The notes under the pieces were generated by a model that was not told the origin of the DNA, did no database searches, and saw nothing but the letters and a program-made list of their open reading frames with translations. A stretch of 64,000 bases of DNA, from NCBI GenBank assembly GCA_963665115.1, contig OY762007.1, positions 2,272,001 through 2,336,000 of the forward strand, read 5' to 3'. Below, piece by piece: positions 52,447-63,500 of the stretch (the first letter of the stretch is position 1; each line of letters begins with the position of its first letter). The DNA comes from an uncultured Rivularia sp. GTDB taxonomy: Bacteria; Cyanobacteriota; Cyanobacteriia; Cyanobacteriales; Nostocaceae. Made by a program: the position numbers and the translations under genes.

Positions 52447-55002
52447 ATGAAGAGATTCAAACATTTAATTTTAATACTTTTAATATCATTATTTTTAACT
52501 GTACTATCTCCTGTTTTAGCAACTTCGCAATTTGTTAGCTCTTCCAAAATAGAAAAATTAATCGAACAAGGTAAAATATATTACGATACAGGAAGATTTT
52601 CCGAAGCAATAAGTTTATTAAAACAGGTAGTTTTAAAATATCAAGCTGATGGAGATAAATTAAATCAAGCTATGAGTTTAAGCAATATTTCTTTAGCTTA
52701 TCAAAAATTAGGAAAATGGCAAGAAGCTGAAAAAACGATAAATCTTTCATTTAATTTATTGCAGCATTTACCAAAAAATAAAGTTTACGCTCAATCATTA
52801 GATATAAAAGGAAATTTGCAGTTCGCGAGGGGGCAATTTCAGAACGCGATCGCAACTTGGCAAAATGCAGAAAGGATTTACTCGCAACTGGATTTACAAC
52901 CGGCATTAATTCAATCGCGTATAAATCAAGCTCAAGCGATGCAGGCTTTGGGGCTATTTCTGAAAGCACAAAAGACTTTGATTTCGGTTCGGGAAAGTTT
53001 AAATAAACAACCAAATTCTATTTTAAAATCTATTGGCTTGCGTAGTCTAGGAGATGTTTTCCGAATTATTGGCAATGTGGATGAATCTCAACAAGTTTTG
53101 CTGCAAAGCTTGAATGTAGCATCTTCGATAAAAGCGAATCAACAAATAAGCGAAACTTTAGTCAGTCTGGGAAATACAGTTCGCATTCAACAAGAAGAGG
53201 ACTCTCAAACTTCAGCAATTAAATATTATCGGCAAGCAGCTAATACAGCACCTTCAAATTCTGTTCTACACTTACAAGCTCGATTAAATATTTTGAATTT
53301 GCTTGTAGAAACAGAAAATTTAAATCCTGCGAAACAATTAATTCCTCAAATCGATACTGAATTGCAAAATTTGATTCCCAGCCGTCAATCTATTTACACA
53401 AGGATAAACTTTGCGAAAACTCTGCAAAAATTTCAAGATCAAACTACTATAAAAAAATCTTCGCAGTTGAATATTGCTCGAATATTATCTACAGCAATTC
53501 AACAGGCGAAAACGATTCAAGATAAACGAGCCTTGGCATATGCACTAGGGAATCTTGGCGAAGTTTACGAACAAACCAAACAATACAAAGAAGCCGAGCA
53601 ACTGACTCAAAAAGCCTTAAATATGTCCAATTCTATTAGGGCTGAAGATATTACCTATCAATTACAATGGCAAATGGGAAGATTGTACAAAGAGCAGGGA
53701 GATATTAATAATGCGCTTGAATCTTATCATGCAGCGTGGCAAATTCTCAAATCTTTGCGTAGCGATTTGGTTGCGATAGATTCTAACGTACAATTTTCCT
53801 TCCGCGAGAGTATAGAACCAGTATACAGACAGTACGTCGATCTAATTTTAAAATCCTCCGAAAATAACAAACAAGATCAAAAACAACTTATCGTTGCTCG
53901 TGAAGTCATTGAATCTCTTCAGTTAGCGGAAATCGATAATTTTTTTAATTCTGCTTGTTTTAATACCAAAGTTGTGCTTGATAATATAATTGATAAAGAT
54001 AATTTGAAAGCAGCTATAATTTACCCGATCATTTTACCAGACCGATTGGAAGTTATTATAAAATTACCTCACTCTTCTCTTATAAGCTACTCTACTTCTA
54101 TATCAAAAAATCAGGTAGAAGAAACTATTAAAAAATTACGAAATGATATCGAGGAACGCAAGATTGGTAACGACGATCGAGCGCAGTTTCACAAGTTGTA
54201 TACTTGGTTGCTTCAACCCGCAGAAAAATATTTAGAAAACAATAAAATTGATAGTTTAATTTTTGTACTTGATGGTTATTTACGTAATATCCCTCCTGCG
54301 GCTCTTTACGATGGCAAACAATATTTGATAGAAAAATATAGTATCGCTCTAAGTCCTGGTTTACAACTATACGAATTAAAACCATTGCAAAAAACAAGTT
54401 TGAATGTATTGACGGGTGGATTGAGCGAGGAGCGCTCGAATTTTCCTAAACTTGATTATGTTGAACAAGAATTGCAGCAAATTAAGTCGCACGTATCGGA
54501 TGCCAAAATACTTCTCAACCAAGAATTTACTAGTGATGCTGTTGAAAAACAGGTGAACAAAAAATCATATTCTGTAGTTCACTTAGCAACTCATGGGCAA
54601 TTCAGTTCTAACTTCGATGAAACATTTCTTTTAGCATACGACGAGCGCATTAAAGTCACAAAACTCAGTCAATGGCTCCGTAATCGGGAAGAAAATCGTG
54701 CCAAAGCGATAGAGTTACTAGTTTTAAGTGCTTGCGAAACAGCGACTGGAGATAATGAGGCGGCATTGGGGCTTGCTGGTGTGGCTATTCAAGCAGGTGC
54801 GAGGAGTACAGTTGCATCTTTATGGGCTTTAAATGATGCTTCCACAGCCGAACTAATGGGAAAGTTTTATCAAGAATTAACGAAACCTAATATTACTAAA
54901 GCACAAGCTTTACGCAATGCCCAATTAACTTTATTGAAGCAAGAAGCATATAGTATTCCTTATTTTTGGGCACCTCATATTTTGATCGGAAATTGGCTTT
55001 AG
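52447..55002 (+). CDS. exported TPR-CHAT (caspase/HetF-like) protein
   Basis: Signal peptide, TPR-like helices, VHLATHGQF, VLSACETA and PYFWAP. Confidence 0.9.
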   Translation: MKRFKHLILILLISLFLTVLSPVLATSQFVSSSKIEKLIEQGKIYYDTGRFSEAISLLKQVVLKYQADGDKLNQAMSLSNISLAYQKLGKWQEAEKTINLSFNLLQHLPKNKVYAQSLDIKGNLQFARGQFQNAIATWQNAERIYSQLDLQPALIQSRINQAQAMQALGLFLKAQKTLISVRESLNKQPNSILKSIGLRSLGDVFRIIGNVDESQQVLLQSLNVASSIKANQQISETLVSLGNTVRIQQEEDSQTSAIKYYRQAANTAPSNSVLHLQARLNILNLLVETENLNPAKQLIPQIDTELQNLIPSRQSIYTRINFAKTLQKFQDQTTIKKSSQLNIARILSTAIQQAKTIQDKRALAYALGNLGEVYEQTKQYKEAEQLTQKALNMSNSIRAEDITYQLQWQMGRLYKEQGDINNALESYHAAWQILKSLRSDLVAIDSNVQFSFRESIEPVYRQYVDLILKSSENNKQDQKQLIVAREVIESLQLAEIDNFFNSACFNTKVVLDNIIDKDNLKAAIIYPIILPDRLEVIIKLPHSSLISYSTSISKNQVEETIKKLRNDIEERKIGNDDRAQFHKLYTWLLQPAEKYLENNKIDSLIFVLDGYLRNIPPAALYDGKQYLIEKYSIALSPGLQLYELKPLQKTSLNVLTGGLSEERSNFPKLDYVEQELQQIKSHVSDAKILLNQEFTSDAVEKQVNKKSYSVVHLATHGQFSSNFDETFLLAYDERIKVTKLSQWLRNREENRAKAIELLVLSACETATGDNEAALGLAGVAIQAGARSTVASLWALNDASTAELMGKFYQELTKPNITKAQALRNAQLTLLKQEAYSIPYFWAPHILIGNWL

Positions 55003-57628
55003 AGAAAGTGGGGAATAGGGAGTAGGGAGTAGGGAGTAAGGAGTGGGAAGTAAGGAACAAAAAAGGAGAAGGACATAATATGTTGTCAATTATTAGAAGT
55101 CAAAGTTTTTACAATCGATTGGGTTGGATAATGCTGACGGGTATGCTTTTTATTTCACAAAAAGAGCCTGTATTTGCTCAAGTTAAACCAGACAGTAGTT
55201 TGCCATCGAATTCCCAGATAAATCAACAAGGAAATATTTACAATATCACTGGTGGAACTCGATCGGGAAACAATCTTTTTCACAGCTTTGAAAAGTTTGG
55301 AATTCCGTCGGGTGGTGAAGCTTATTTCAATAATCCAGTTGAGATTCAAAATATTATTAATCGAGTTACGGGTAAGTCAATATCAGAGATTAATGGTTTA
55401 ATTCGTGCTAACGGTACTGCTAATTTATTTTTAATTAATCCTAACGGCATTGTATTGGGTGAAAATGCCAAACTTGATATTGGTGGTTCTTTTATAGGCA
55501 GTACGGCTGATAGTTTTAAATTTAAGAATGGTAAGGAATTTAGTGCAATAAATCCTGAAGATAAGCCGCTGTTGAGCGTAAATGTGCCTTTGGGTTTGCA
55601 GTATGGGAAGAATCCTGGAAATATTGAAATTAAAGGTAAAGGTGATACGCAAAGAAACACACGAGAAGTATTTGAGCCAAAATCCGGCTTGCAAGTTCCT
55701 GTTAATAATACGCTAGCTTTGCTCGGTGGTGATGTTTTACTTGAAGGTGCGACGTTAAAAGCTAGTGGCGGAAGAATTGAATTAACTAGCCTCACAGGAG
55801 AAGGTTTAGTTAGTGTTTTACCTGTGGAAAAAGGTTTCAAATTCGGTTTTGAGAAATTGGATAATTTTGGGAAAATTGAACTATCTCGAAATACGGCAGT
55901 TGATGCTAATGGAAATGGCGCAGGTGATGTGTGGGTGACGGGTAAAAATGTCACTCTTGCAGATAGTTTCTGTAATTTCATCAACTCAAACTGGTACTGA
56001 AAAAGGTATGGGTATCGTAGTTAATGCCACCGAAAAGTTATATATCAATGGTATAAATGATACTTTCATGACTAGCGGTTTATACGCTAATAACGTTAGT
56101 GGAAATGCAATAATAGAAACGGGCAATATAGCGGTTAATACTCAGCAGTTAATAGTCCGAGATGGAGCTACCATTGCTACTAATACTTACAGTGATGGTA
56201 AAGGCGGAAATATCAATATTAAAGCGTCGAATTTGAGAATTGAAAATGGGGCTGTTGTTAGCGCGATCGTCAAGAGTTCTGGTAATGGCGGAAATATAGA
56301 TATTAATTCAGCACAGGTGCAAGTTATTGGAGTTGGAAATAATAATAATTTTAGTGAATTAAGTGTTTCTGCAAAGGAAAATTCAACAGGAAATACAGGA
56401 AATTTGAAGATTAACACTAATAATTTGCAGGTTGAAGATGGCGCATCTATCATAACTGCTACATTTGGTGAAGGCAATGGTGGAGATATGACAATTAATG
56501 CTACTTCTAAAATAGAATTGACTGGTCAAGGTGGCAACGAAAATGAATTTCCTAGTGCCTTATTTATTGTTGCAGAAAAACCTTCAACGGGAGATTCTGG
56601 TTCTTTAACTATTAATACAAAACAAATGCTTGTACAGAATGGAGCATTTGTTAGTGTTAGTAATAATGCTTCAGGCGGTGCAGGAGATTTGAAGATTACT
56701 ACTGATAATTTAATAATAAAAGATAATGCTCGTTTTTTTACAGGTAGAGTTAGTGAGGGTAAAGCAATCGGAGACTTAAGTATTAAAACTAATCATTTGC
56801 TTGTTGCAGGTGGCTCAACTGTAAAAGCTGGTACATCTGGTGAAGGTGGAAATTTGAATATTGATGCTCAATATGTACAAGTTATTGGTACGGGCAACGA
56901 TGGTAATACTCCTAGCTCTTTAACCTTATCGGCATCGCTAGGAAATAAGGGGAGTATAAATCTTAACGCTAAACGATTGCTAATTAAAGACGGAGCATCA
57001 GTGTCTGCTGGTACATCTAATGCAGGTGATGGAGGAAATTTGATTATCAATGCTCAGGATGTGCAAATCGTTGGAAAAGGCGGTAACGATCCTAAAAATA
57101 AAAATTTGCCATATCCGAGTGGTATATTTGTTCCAACAGAAGAGTTTGCAACCGGGGATGCAGGCAATTTGATTATTAATGCTAAACGAATGCTCGTACA
57201 AGATGGAGCATTTGTTAGTAGTGCTAGTAATGGTAGAGGCAATGGAGGAGATTTAATTATTAATGCCTCTCGCTTACAAGTGCAAGATGAGTCATCTGTA
57301 ATTTCTGGAACAAAGCGTAAAGGTACGGGTGGAAATTTAAAGATTACTGCTAATAGCGTGCTAGTTGAAGATGGAGCAAAAGTTAATGCTGGTACATCTG
57401 GTACGGGTAATGCAGGAAATTTGAATATTAATTCCGATACTATACGAGTTATAGATAAAGCTCAAGTTGCTGTAGAAAGTACGGGAACGGGAAATGCAGG
57501 TATCTTAACATTAGATGCTCGTTCTATCAGTTTAGATCGCAAAGCTTCACTTAATGCTAGTACGCAAAGTGCAGATTCTAATAATGAACAGGCAACAATT
57601 ATTATTAATAACGCACGGGATTTAATTC

Positions 57629-59794
57629 GTATCCGCTCAAAAAAATGGGGTAAAGGTACACCTTGCGTCGTAGAATATGAAGCATGACGCAAAAACGATC
57701 ATCTAAAAAATTAGTCACAGCATTATTGCAATCAATCGACCCAAAACAGATTGCAGACGAGGACGTGCGTCAAACGGTAGAAGTATTACTCAACTTAATA
57801 GAACAGCTAAATGTAAAAATCAAAGAATTAGAAGAAGAAAATCAAAAACTACGTGATGAAAACAACCGCTTAAAAGGTGAACAAGGTAAACCAGACATCA
57901 AAGCGAATAAAAACAAAGGGTTTAAGAAAAACTATTCATCAGAAAAAGAACGAAAAATAGCAAAAGAACACAGTAAAGCAAGTAAAAACGAGTCTATCAA
58001 GATAAACCGAGAAGAGATTGTAGTTTACCCACAAGAACAATTACCAGCAGACGCACAGTTCAAGGGTTATGAGGAAGTAGTAGTCCAAGACATTTTACTT
58101 AAGCCAGATAACATACTGTTCCGCAAGCAAAAATACTACTCACCAGAAACAGGAAAAACTTATTTAGCGGAACTACCAACAGGTTACGAAGGTGAATTTG
58201 GTCCAGGAGTAAAAGCTTTGGTCATGAGTCTATATTATGGTGGAAACATGACCCAAGGGAAGTTATTAGAATTTTTAGAAGATATTGGTATCTCGATTAG
58301 TGCAGGAACAATATCAAATTTATTAATTAAAAACCAAGAATATTTTGAAGCTGAATACGAAGAAGTATACAAGGAAGGGTTAGCCAGCAGTCCTTGGCAA
58401 CACTTTGACCAAACAGGTGCGCGTGTTGCAGGAGTGAACCATACAACAAATGTGATTTGTAACCCCTTGTACACAATTTACCAAACAACGCGATACAAAG
58501 ACCGTTTGACTGTATTAAAAGTATTTCAAAACACAACCGAACTCTCCTTTGTTCTCAACGAGATGACCTATGAACTTTTGGAGACTTTTAAAGTTCCAAT
58601 TAAGTGGGTTAATAAACTAAAATTACTATCTCAACAGAAGGCTTTTACCGAAACTGAGTTTAATTTTTTGATTGGTGAGTACTTAAGTAGACTTGGTTCT
58701 CAACACCGTTCTCGCATATATGAATCGGCAGCAATTGCTTTTTATCATCAGCAATCAACTGTACCAGTAATTACAACTCTAGTATGCGATGATGCTCCGC
58801 AGTTCAAGTTAATAACATCGGATTTGGCTCTTTGTTGGGTGCATGAAGGACGACATTATAAGAAATTAAGTCCGCTTATACCTTGCCATCAAAAACTTTT
58901 AGATAATTTTCTAGAAAGATTCTGGGAATATTACAGAAAATTATTATCTTATCGAGATTCTCCAAGTTGGGATAAAGCTCACGAACTAGAAATGGAATTT
59001 TGGACACTTTTTACAGAAAAAAGTGGTTATCAACAGTTAGATGAGCGAAAACGATTAACTACTTTGAAAGTAAACGAGTTGCTTCTCGTGTTGGAGCATC
59101 CAGAATTACTATTGCATAACAACCCTGCCGAATTAGCTGCTAGGACTATGGTACAACGACGTAACATCAGTTACGCAACCCAGACAAAACAAGGCACAAA
59201 AGCGTGGGATGTTTTTATGTCCCTTGTTGACACTACTCGTAAGTTGGGTATCAGTTTTTATGAGTATATGCGTGACCGCATTTCTCAAGTTGAAAATATT
59301 CCATCTTTGGGGACAATTATTCGGAAGAAATCTTCTTCTAATTCCTATGGTTGGTCATGGATGCCTCAATAACACCCCTGTATATTAAGACTGTGCTAAA
59401 CCCTCATATCCTTGGTTGTAGAATACTGTAAAGTGCATGGATTAACCACATCTATTTCTTCATAGTTTTTATAAGCGATTGAAACTTTTTTAGTTACTTT
59501 GATAGCATATTTACAATTTACCTTATTTGCAACTTCCGCTATTAATCAATTTCTTGATTTTGATTATTTTTATTTATTTGTTGCTCTCACGAGAGATCCA
59601 GCAACTGGGGAAGATTTGGCGGCGACAGCGGAGTGCCAGGTGGGGGCACGATTATTTTCTGTGCCTATGTAAAATCTATCTGCCCCTACCTGGTACCGTC
59701 AAATCAGCGTAGCGGTTCCCCAGTTGCGCCGCTGCTTTTTTTTATCGTAGTTGACATTCAAGACAGCCGATACCCCGAAATTTTGAGGGGATAC
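57629..59794 (+). mobile_element. IS66-family insertion sequence (single-ORF, ISBst12-like), 2166 bp
   Basis: 24-bp imperfect TIRs GTATCCGCTCAAAAAAATGGGGTA / TACCCCGAAATTTTGAGGGGATAC; 8-bp target duplication TTTAATTC at 57621-57628 and 59795-59802. Confidence 0.9.
57684..59372 (+). CDS. IS66-family transposase
   Basis: N-terminal leucine-zipper-like coil; HFDQTG, LVCDDA, LCWVHEGR and HNNPAELAAR; ORF intact. Confidence 0.88.
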   Translation: MTQKRSSKKLVTALLQSIDPKQIADEDVRQTVEVLLNLIEQLNVKIKELEEENQKLRDENNRLKGEQGKPDIKANKNKGFKKNYSSEKERKIAKEHSKASKNESIKINREEIVVYPQEQLPADAQFKGYEEVVVQDILLKPDNILFRKQKYYSPETGKTYLAELPTGYEGEFGPGVKALVMSLYYGGNMTQGKLLEFLEDIGISISAGTISNLLIKNQEYFEAEYEEVYKEGLASSPWQHFDQTGARVAGVNHTTNVICNPLYTIYQTTRYKDRLTVLKVFQNTTELSFVLNEMTYELLETFKVPIKWVNKLKLLSQQKAFTETEFNFLIGEYLSRLGSQHRSRIYESAAIAFYHQQSTVPVITTLVCDDAPQFKLITSDLALCWVHEGRHYKKLSPLIPCHQKLLDNFLERFWEYYRKLLSYRDSPSWDKAHELEMEFWTLFTEKSGYQQLDERKRLTTLKVNELLLVLEHPELLLHNNPAELAARTMVQRRNISYATQTKQGTKAWDVFMSLVDTTRKLGISFYEYMRDRISQVENIPSLGTIIRKKSSSNSYGWSWMPQ

Positions 59795-60563
59795 TTTAAT
59801 TCTACGTCGTGGTAGCAATATAACAACCAACGCCAAAGGTGAAAATGTCCGAGGTGGAAATATTAATATTGATAGCGAGATCGTAGCTGCCATTCCCGAT
59901 GAAAATAGCGATATTAGCGCTAATTCTGAAAACTTCCGTGGTGGTAATATTAAAATAGAAGCTCAAGGTATCTTTGGCACACAATTTAGAGAAAAACCCA
60001 CTTCCGAAAGCCATATTACAGCCACAGGTGCAAGTCAAGATTTAAGCGGTACCGTAGAAATTGAGACTCCCGATATCAATTCTACTAATGAATTATCAGA
60101 TTTACCCTCCATACCTATAAATAATAAGTTAGCCCAAGGCTGCTATAGTCCTGGTTATGCTCAAAATCAATTTTTTATAGTTGGGCGTGGTGGTTTACCA
60201 CCTTTACCGGAAGATTTCCTAACACCTTCAGCAGTGCGAGTTGACTGGGTAAGCCCTGATAAAAATGGCGAAACCAGTTTATTAAATAGAAATATTGAAG
60301 TCAAAACAACTATAGAAAAACCCAGACGTATTGTAGAAGCTACAGGTTGGATAAAAAACGATAAAGGTGAAATCATATTTACAGCAGATGCACCTGTAGC
60401 TACATCTAATAACTTTATAGAGAAAACGAAAAATTGTGAATTGGGAAGTAGGGAGTAGTGAAAAAACGTGTATGTTTCCCCTAAAAGTCTTGTTTAATTA
60501 ACATTTTGCACCATTGGTGTTAAATCCGAATTCCCGCCTTGAAATCAATTAAGGGAGCATAAT

Positions 60564-63500
60564 ATGCTAATGAATATTAAAAAACCAAGCCGCAATCGAT
60601 TGGGTTGGATAATGCTGACGCTGAGTATGCTTTTTATTTCACACAAAGAAGCAGCTTTTGCTCAAGTTAAACCAGACAGTAGTTTGCCATCGAATTCTCA
60701 AGTCAATCGACAAGGAAATATTTACAATATCACTGGTGGAACTCAATCGGGAAACAATCTTTTTCACAGTTTTGAAAAATTTGGAGTTCCGAATGGTGGT
60801 GAAGCTTATTTTAATAATGCAGTTGAGATTCAAAATATTATTAATCGAGTTACAGGTAAGTCAATATCAGAGATTAATGGTTTAATTCGTGCTAACGGTA
60901 CGGCTAATTTATTTTTGATAAATCCCAACGGTATTGTATTTGGTGAAAATGCCAAGCTTGATATTGGTGGTTCTTTTATAGGCAGTACGGCTGATAGTTT
61001 TAAATTTAATAATGGTAAGGAATTTAGTGCAATAAATCCTCAAGATAAGCCGTTGTTAAGCATAAATGTTCCTTTGGGTTTGCAGTATGGGAAGAATCAA
61101 ACAGGTAATATTACTAATTCAGGTAATCTGAGCGTTAATAATGGTAAAAGTATTACTCTTATTGGCAATAGTTTTGAAAATATAGGAAAAATAAAAACTG
61201 ATGGAGGACAAATATCTATAGCTGCGATCGGAAATGAAGGTTTTGCAACTTTAGGAGAATCTGGAGAATTATTAAATCTGGAATTTCAATCTGAAGATAC
61301 TGTTAATGGCAATGCAAATAATTTTGGAACCGTTATCAATAAAGGTAATATTGATGCTTCAATACAAGCGGGAATAGGTGGTAAAATAATTGTAGTGGGA
61401 GAAAGAATTGGTTTATTAGATAACTCGTTATTCGACGTTTCAGGAAGTGTGGGGGGCGGTGAAGTAAAAGTTGGAAATAATAATACAATTGCAGCTTATA
61501 TTGACCCAAAAGCATCTATAAAAGCTGATGCATTAATTGCAGGAAACGGCGGTAAAATTACGGTTTCGGCTACAGAATTAACTCGCGTGCATGGAAGTTT
61601 CAGCGCCAAAGGTGGTTTAAACAACGGGAATGGTGGTTTGGTTGAAAATAGGGGAAATGATTTTTTAGATATTACGGGTATATCTGTTGATACCAATGCG
61701 AATAATGGCTTGAATGGTAACTGGTTGCTTAACTCAGGTAATATATTCTTTGGTTCGCGAAACAATATTAATCCTACATTTAACAATAATAATTCTGCAA
61801 TTTTTCAACCAGCTAAAGCGGAGACAGTATTAGATGTTTCCACTATAGAGAAGCAGTTAAGTGCGGGAAATAATATCACAATTACAGCGAGTGAGACAGG
61901 AAGTGAAGTAGGAAATATTACAGCAGATAGAATTGATATTGCAGCACTAAATAATACTCCAGTCAGATTAACGCTTCAAGCCGATAACAATATTACTTTG
62001 TCAAAAGGTAATATCCAATCTACGAATAATCGCTTGGGTATGGTGTTGCAGGCAGATAGCGATAAAAACGGTTCAGGTAATATTAACCTTGGTAACGGAA
62101 GCCCACGAAGTTTTGAAATTGATACAAGTGGTGAAAAATTCACTGCATCCGCATCTGGTTCTATTTCATTTTCTGGTGCTGAGATTAAAAGTAGTAATAC
62201 GGAGGCAAAAGATTCAGAAACAATCGCGATCGCCACAGCAGGTTCTGTTATAGTTGAAAATAGCGGTATTATAAAAAAAGTATTTGCTTCGGGCAACAAT
62301 GGCGATATTTATATCGATGCAGACGCACTTTATCTACAGGGCGGAATTGAAAACAATACCAAAGTTAAGAGTAATGGGAATGCTGGAAGAATAAATATTA
62401 ATGTCAAATCTTTATCGATAACAAAGGGCGCTATAAATAATGTTACTGAAGGTAATGGTAATAGTGGTTCGACAATCATTGAAACAGAAAATTTTTTATT
62501 AAAAGAAGGTATAATTAGAAGCATTACAAAAGGTATTGGAAATGCTGGAGAAATTATTGTAAATTCTAATTCAGTTTCATTAGAAAACGGTAGTTTGTTC
62601 GCGAGAACTGAAGGTAATAGCGACGGTGGGAGTATCTCTGTGAATGCAAAACAGAAGATATTTATTGGAAATCGTGGTGGTTTAAATAGCAACTCTAATG
62701 GGCAAGGTAATGCTGGTAATATAACTGTAAATAGTGGTTCCTTAGTATTAAAAGATGATTCGACAATTACTTCTAATGCAAAAGAATTAAGCTCTCAAGG
62801 AAATGCAGGAAATATAAAAATTAATGCCGATTCTATTTTTTTGCTAGATAGTACGATCGAAGCAATCGCAAATCGTGGAGATGCAGGAGAAGTAATTCTT
62901 AAAGCCGATAACATTACTTTAAAAAATAGTTCTAATATTTCCACAAGTACCATAGATAATTCTATAAGTAATGCTGGGAAGATTGAAGTTATAGCTAAAT
63001 CTATTTTATTCGAGAACGAACCTGAATTTAAAAACAAAGATAACGAACCTAAAATAATTAATAGTTTGGGCAGTGTCACTAATGGCAAAGGTGATGCTGG
63101 GGAAATAACAATAGAAGCAGAAGAGATTATTTTGAAAAATAGAGGAGGAATTGGAATTGATACAAAAAATGAAGGCAATGCCGGTAAACTTACTATTAAT
63201 ACCTCTTTATTACAATTAGAAAACTCGCGAGTGCAAGATAACGCAGGGATAAATAGTAGTTCGAGTGGTTCTGGTAAGGCTGGGGAACTTACTATCAATG
63301 CGGACAGAATATTATTAGATAAAAGCGATATTGAAGCTCAAACTGAATCGGGAGATGGCGGTAATATTATCCTTAACTTGAAAGAACTTCTTCTATTACG
63401 TAATGGTAGCCGAATTTCTACTACGGCAGGCACGGCAGGTGGAGGGGGAAATGGCGGTAATATTGAAATTAATGCCCCTGATGGTTTCGTAGTTGCTATC

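Larger units (their letters stand above)
55080..60458 (+). pseudogene. filamentous-haemagglutinin-like (TpsA-type) exoprotein, interrupted by the IS66 and a +1 frameshift near 55968
   Basis: NLFHSF...INRVTG...FLINPNG secretion domain and GNGGNxxI repeats; the frame resumes after the IS (LILRRGSNITT...GRGGLP...IVEATGW) and stops at 60458. Confidence 0.88.
2514..62233. repeat. HIP1 octamer GCGATCGC, dispersed (span of first to last copy noted)
   Basis: Copies read at e.g. 2514, 10838, 13721, 39721 and 62226, plus about ten more; a cyanobacterial hallmark. Confidence 0.9.

Noticed and set aside
9376..55969. Programmed ribosomal frameshifting or phase variation at the five split genes
   Set aside because: The runs are only 3-4 nt, there is no shared slippery heptamer or stimulator, and the genes are unrelated; sequencing error is simpler.
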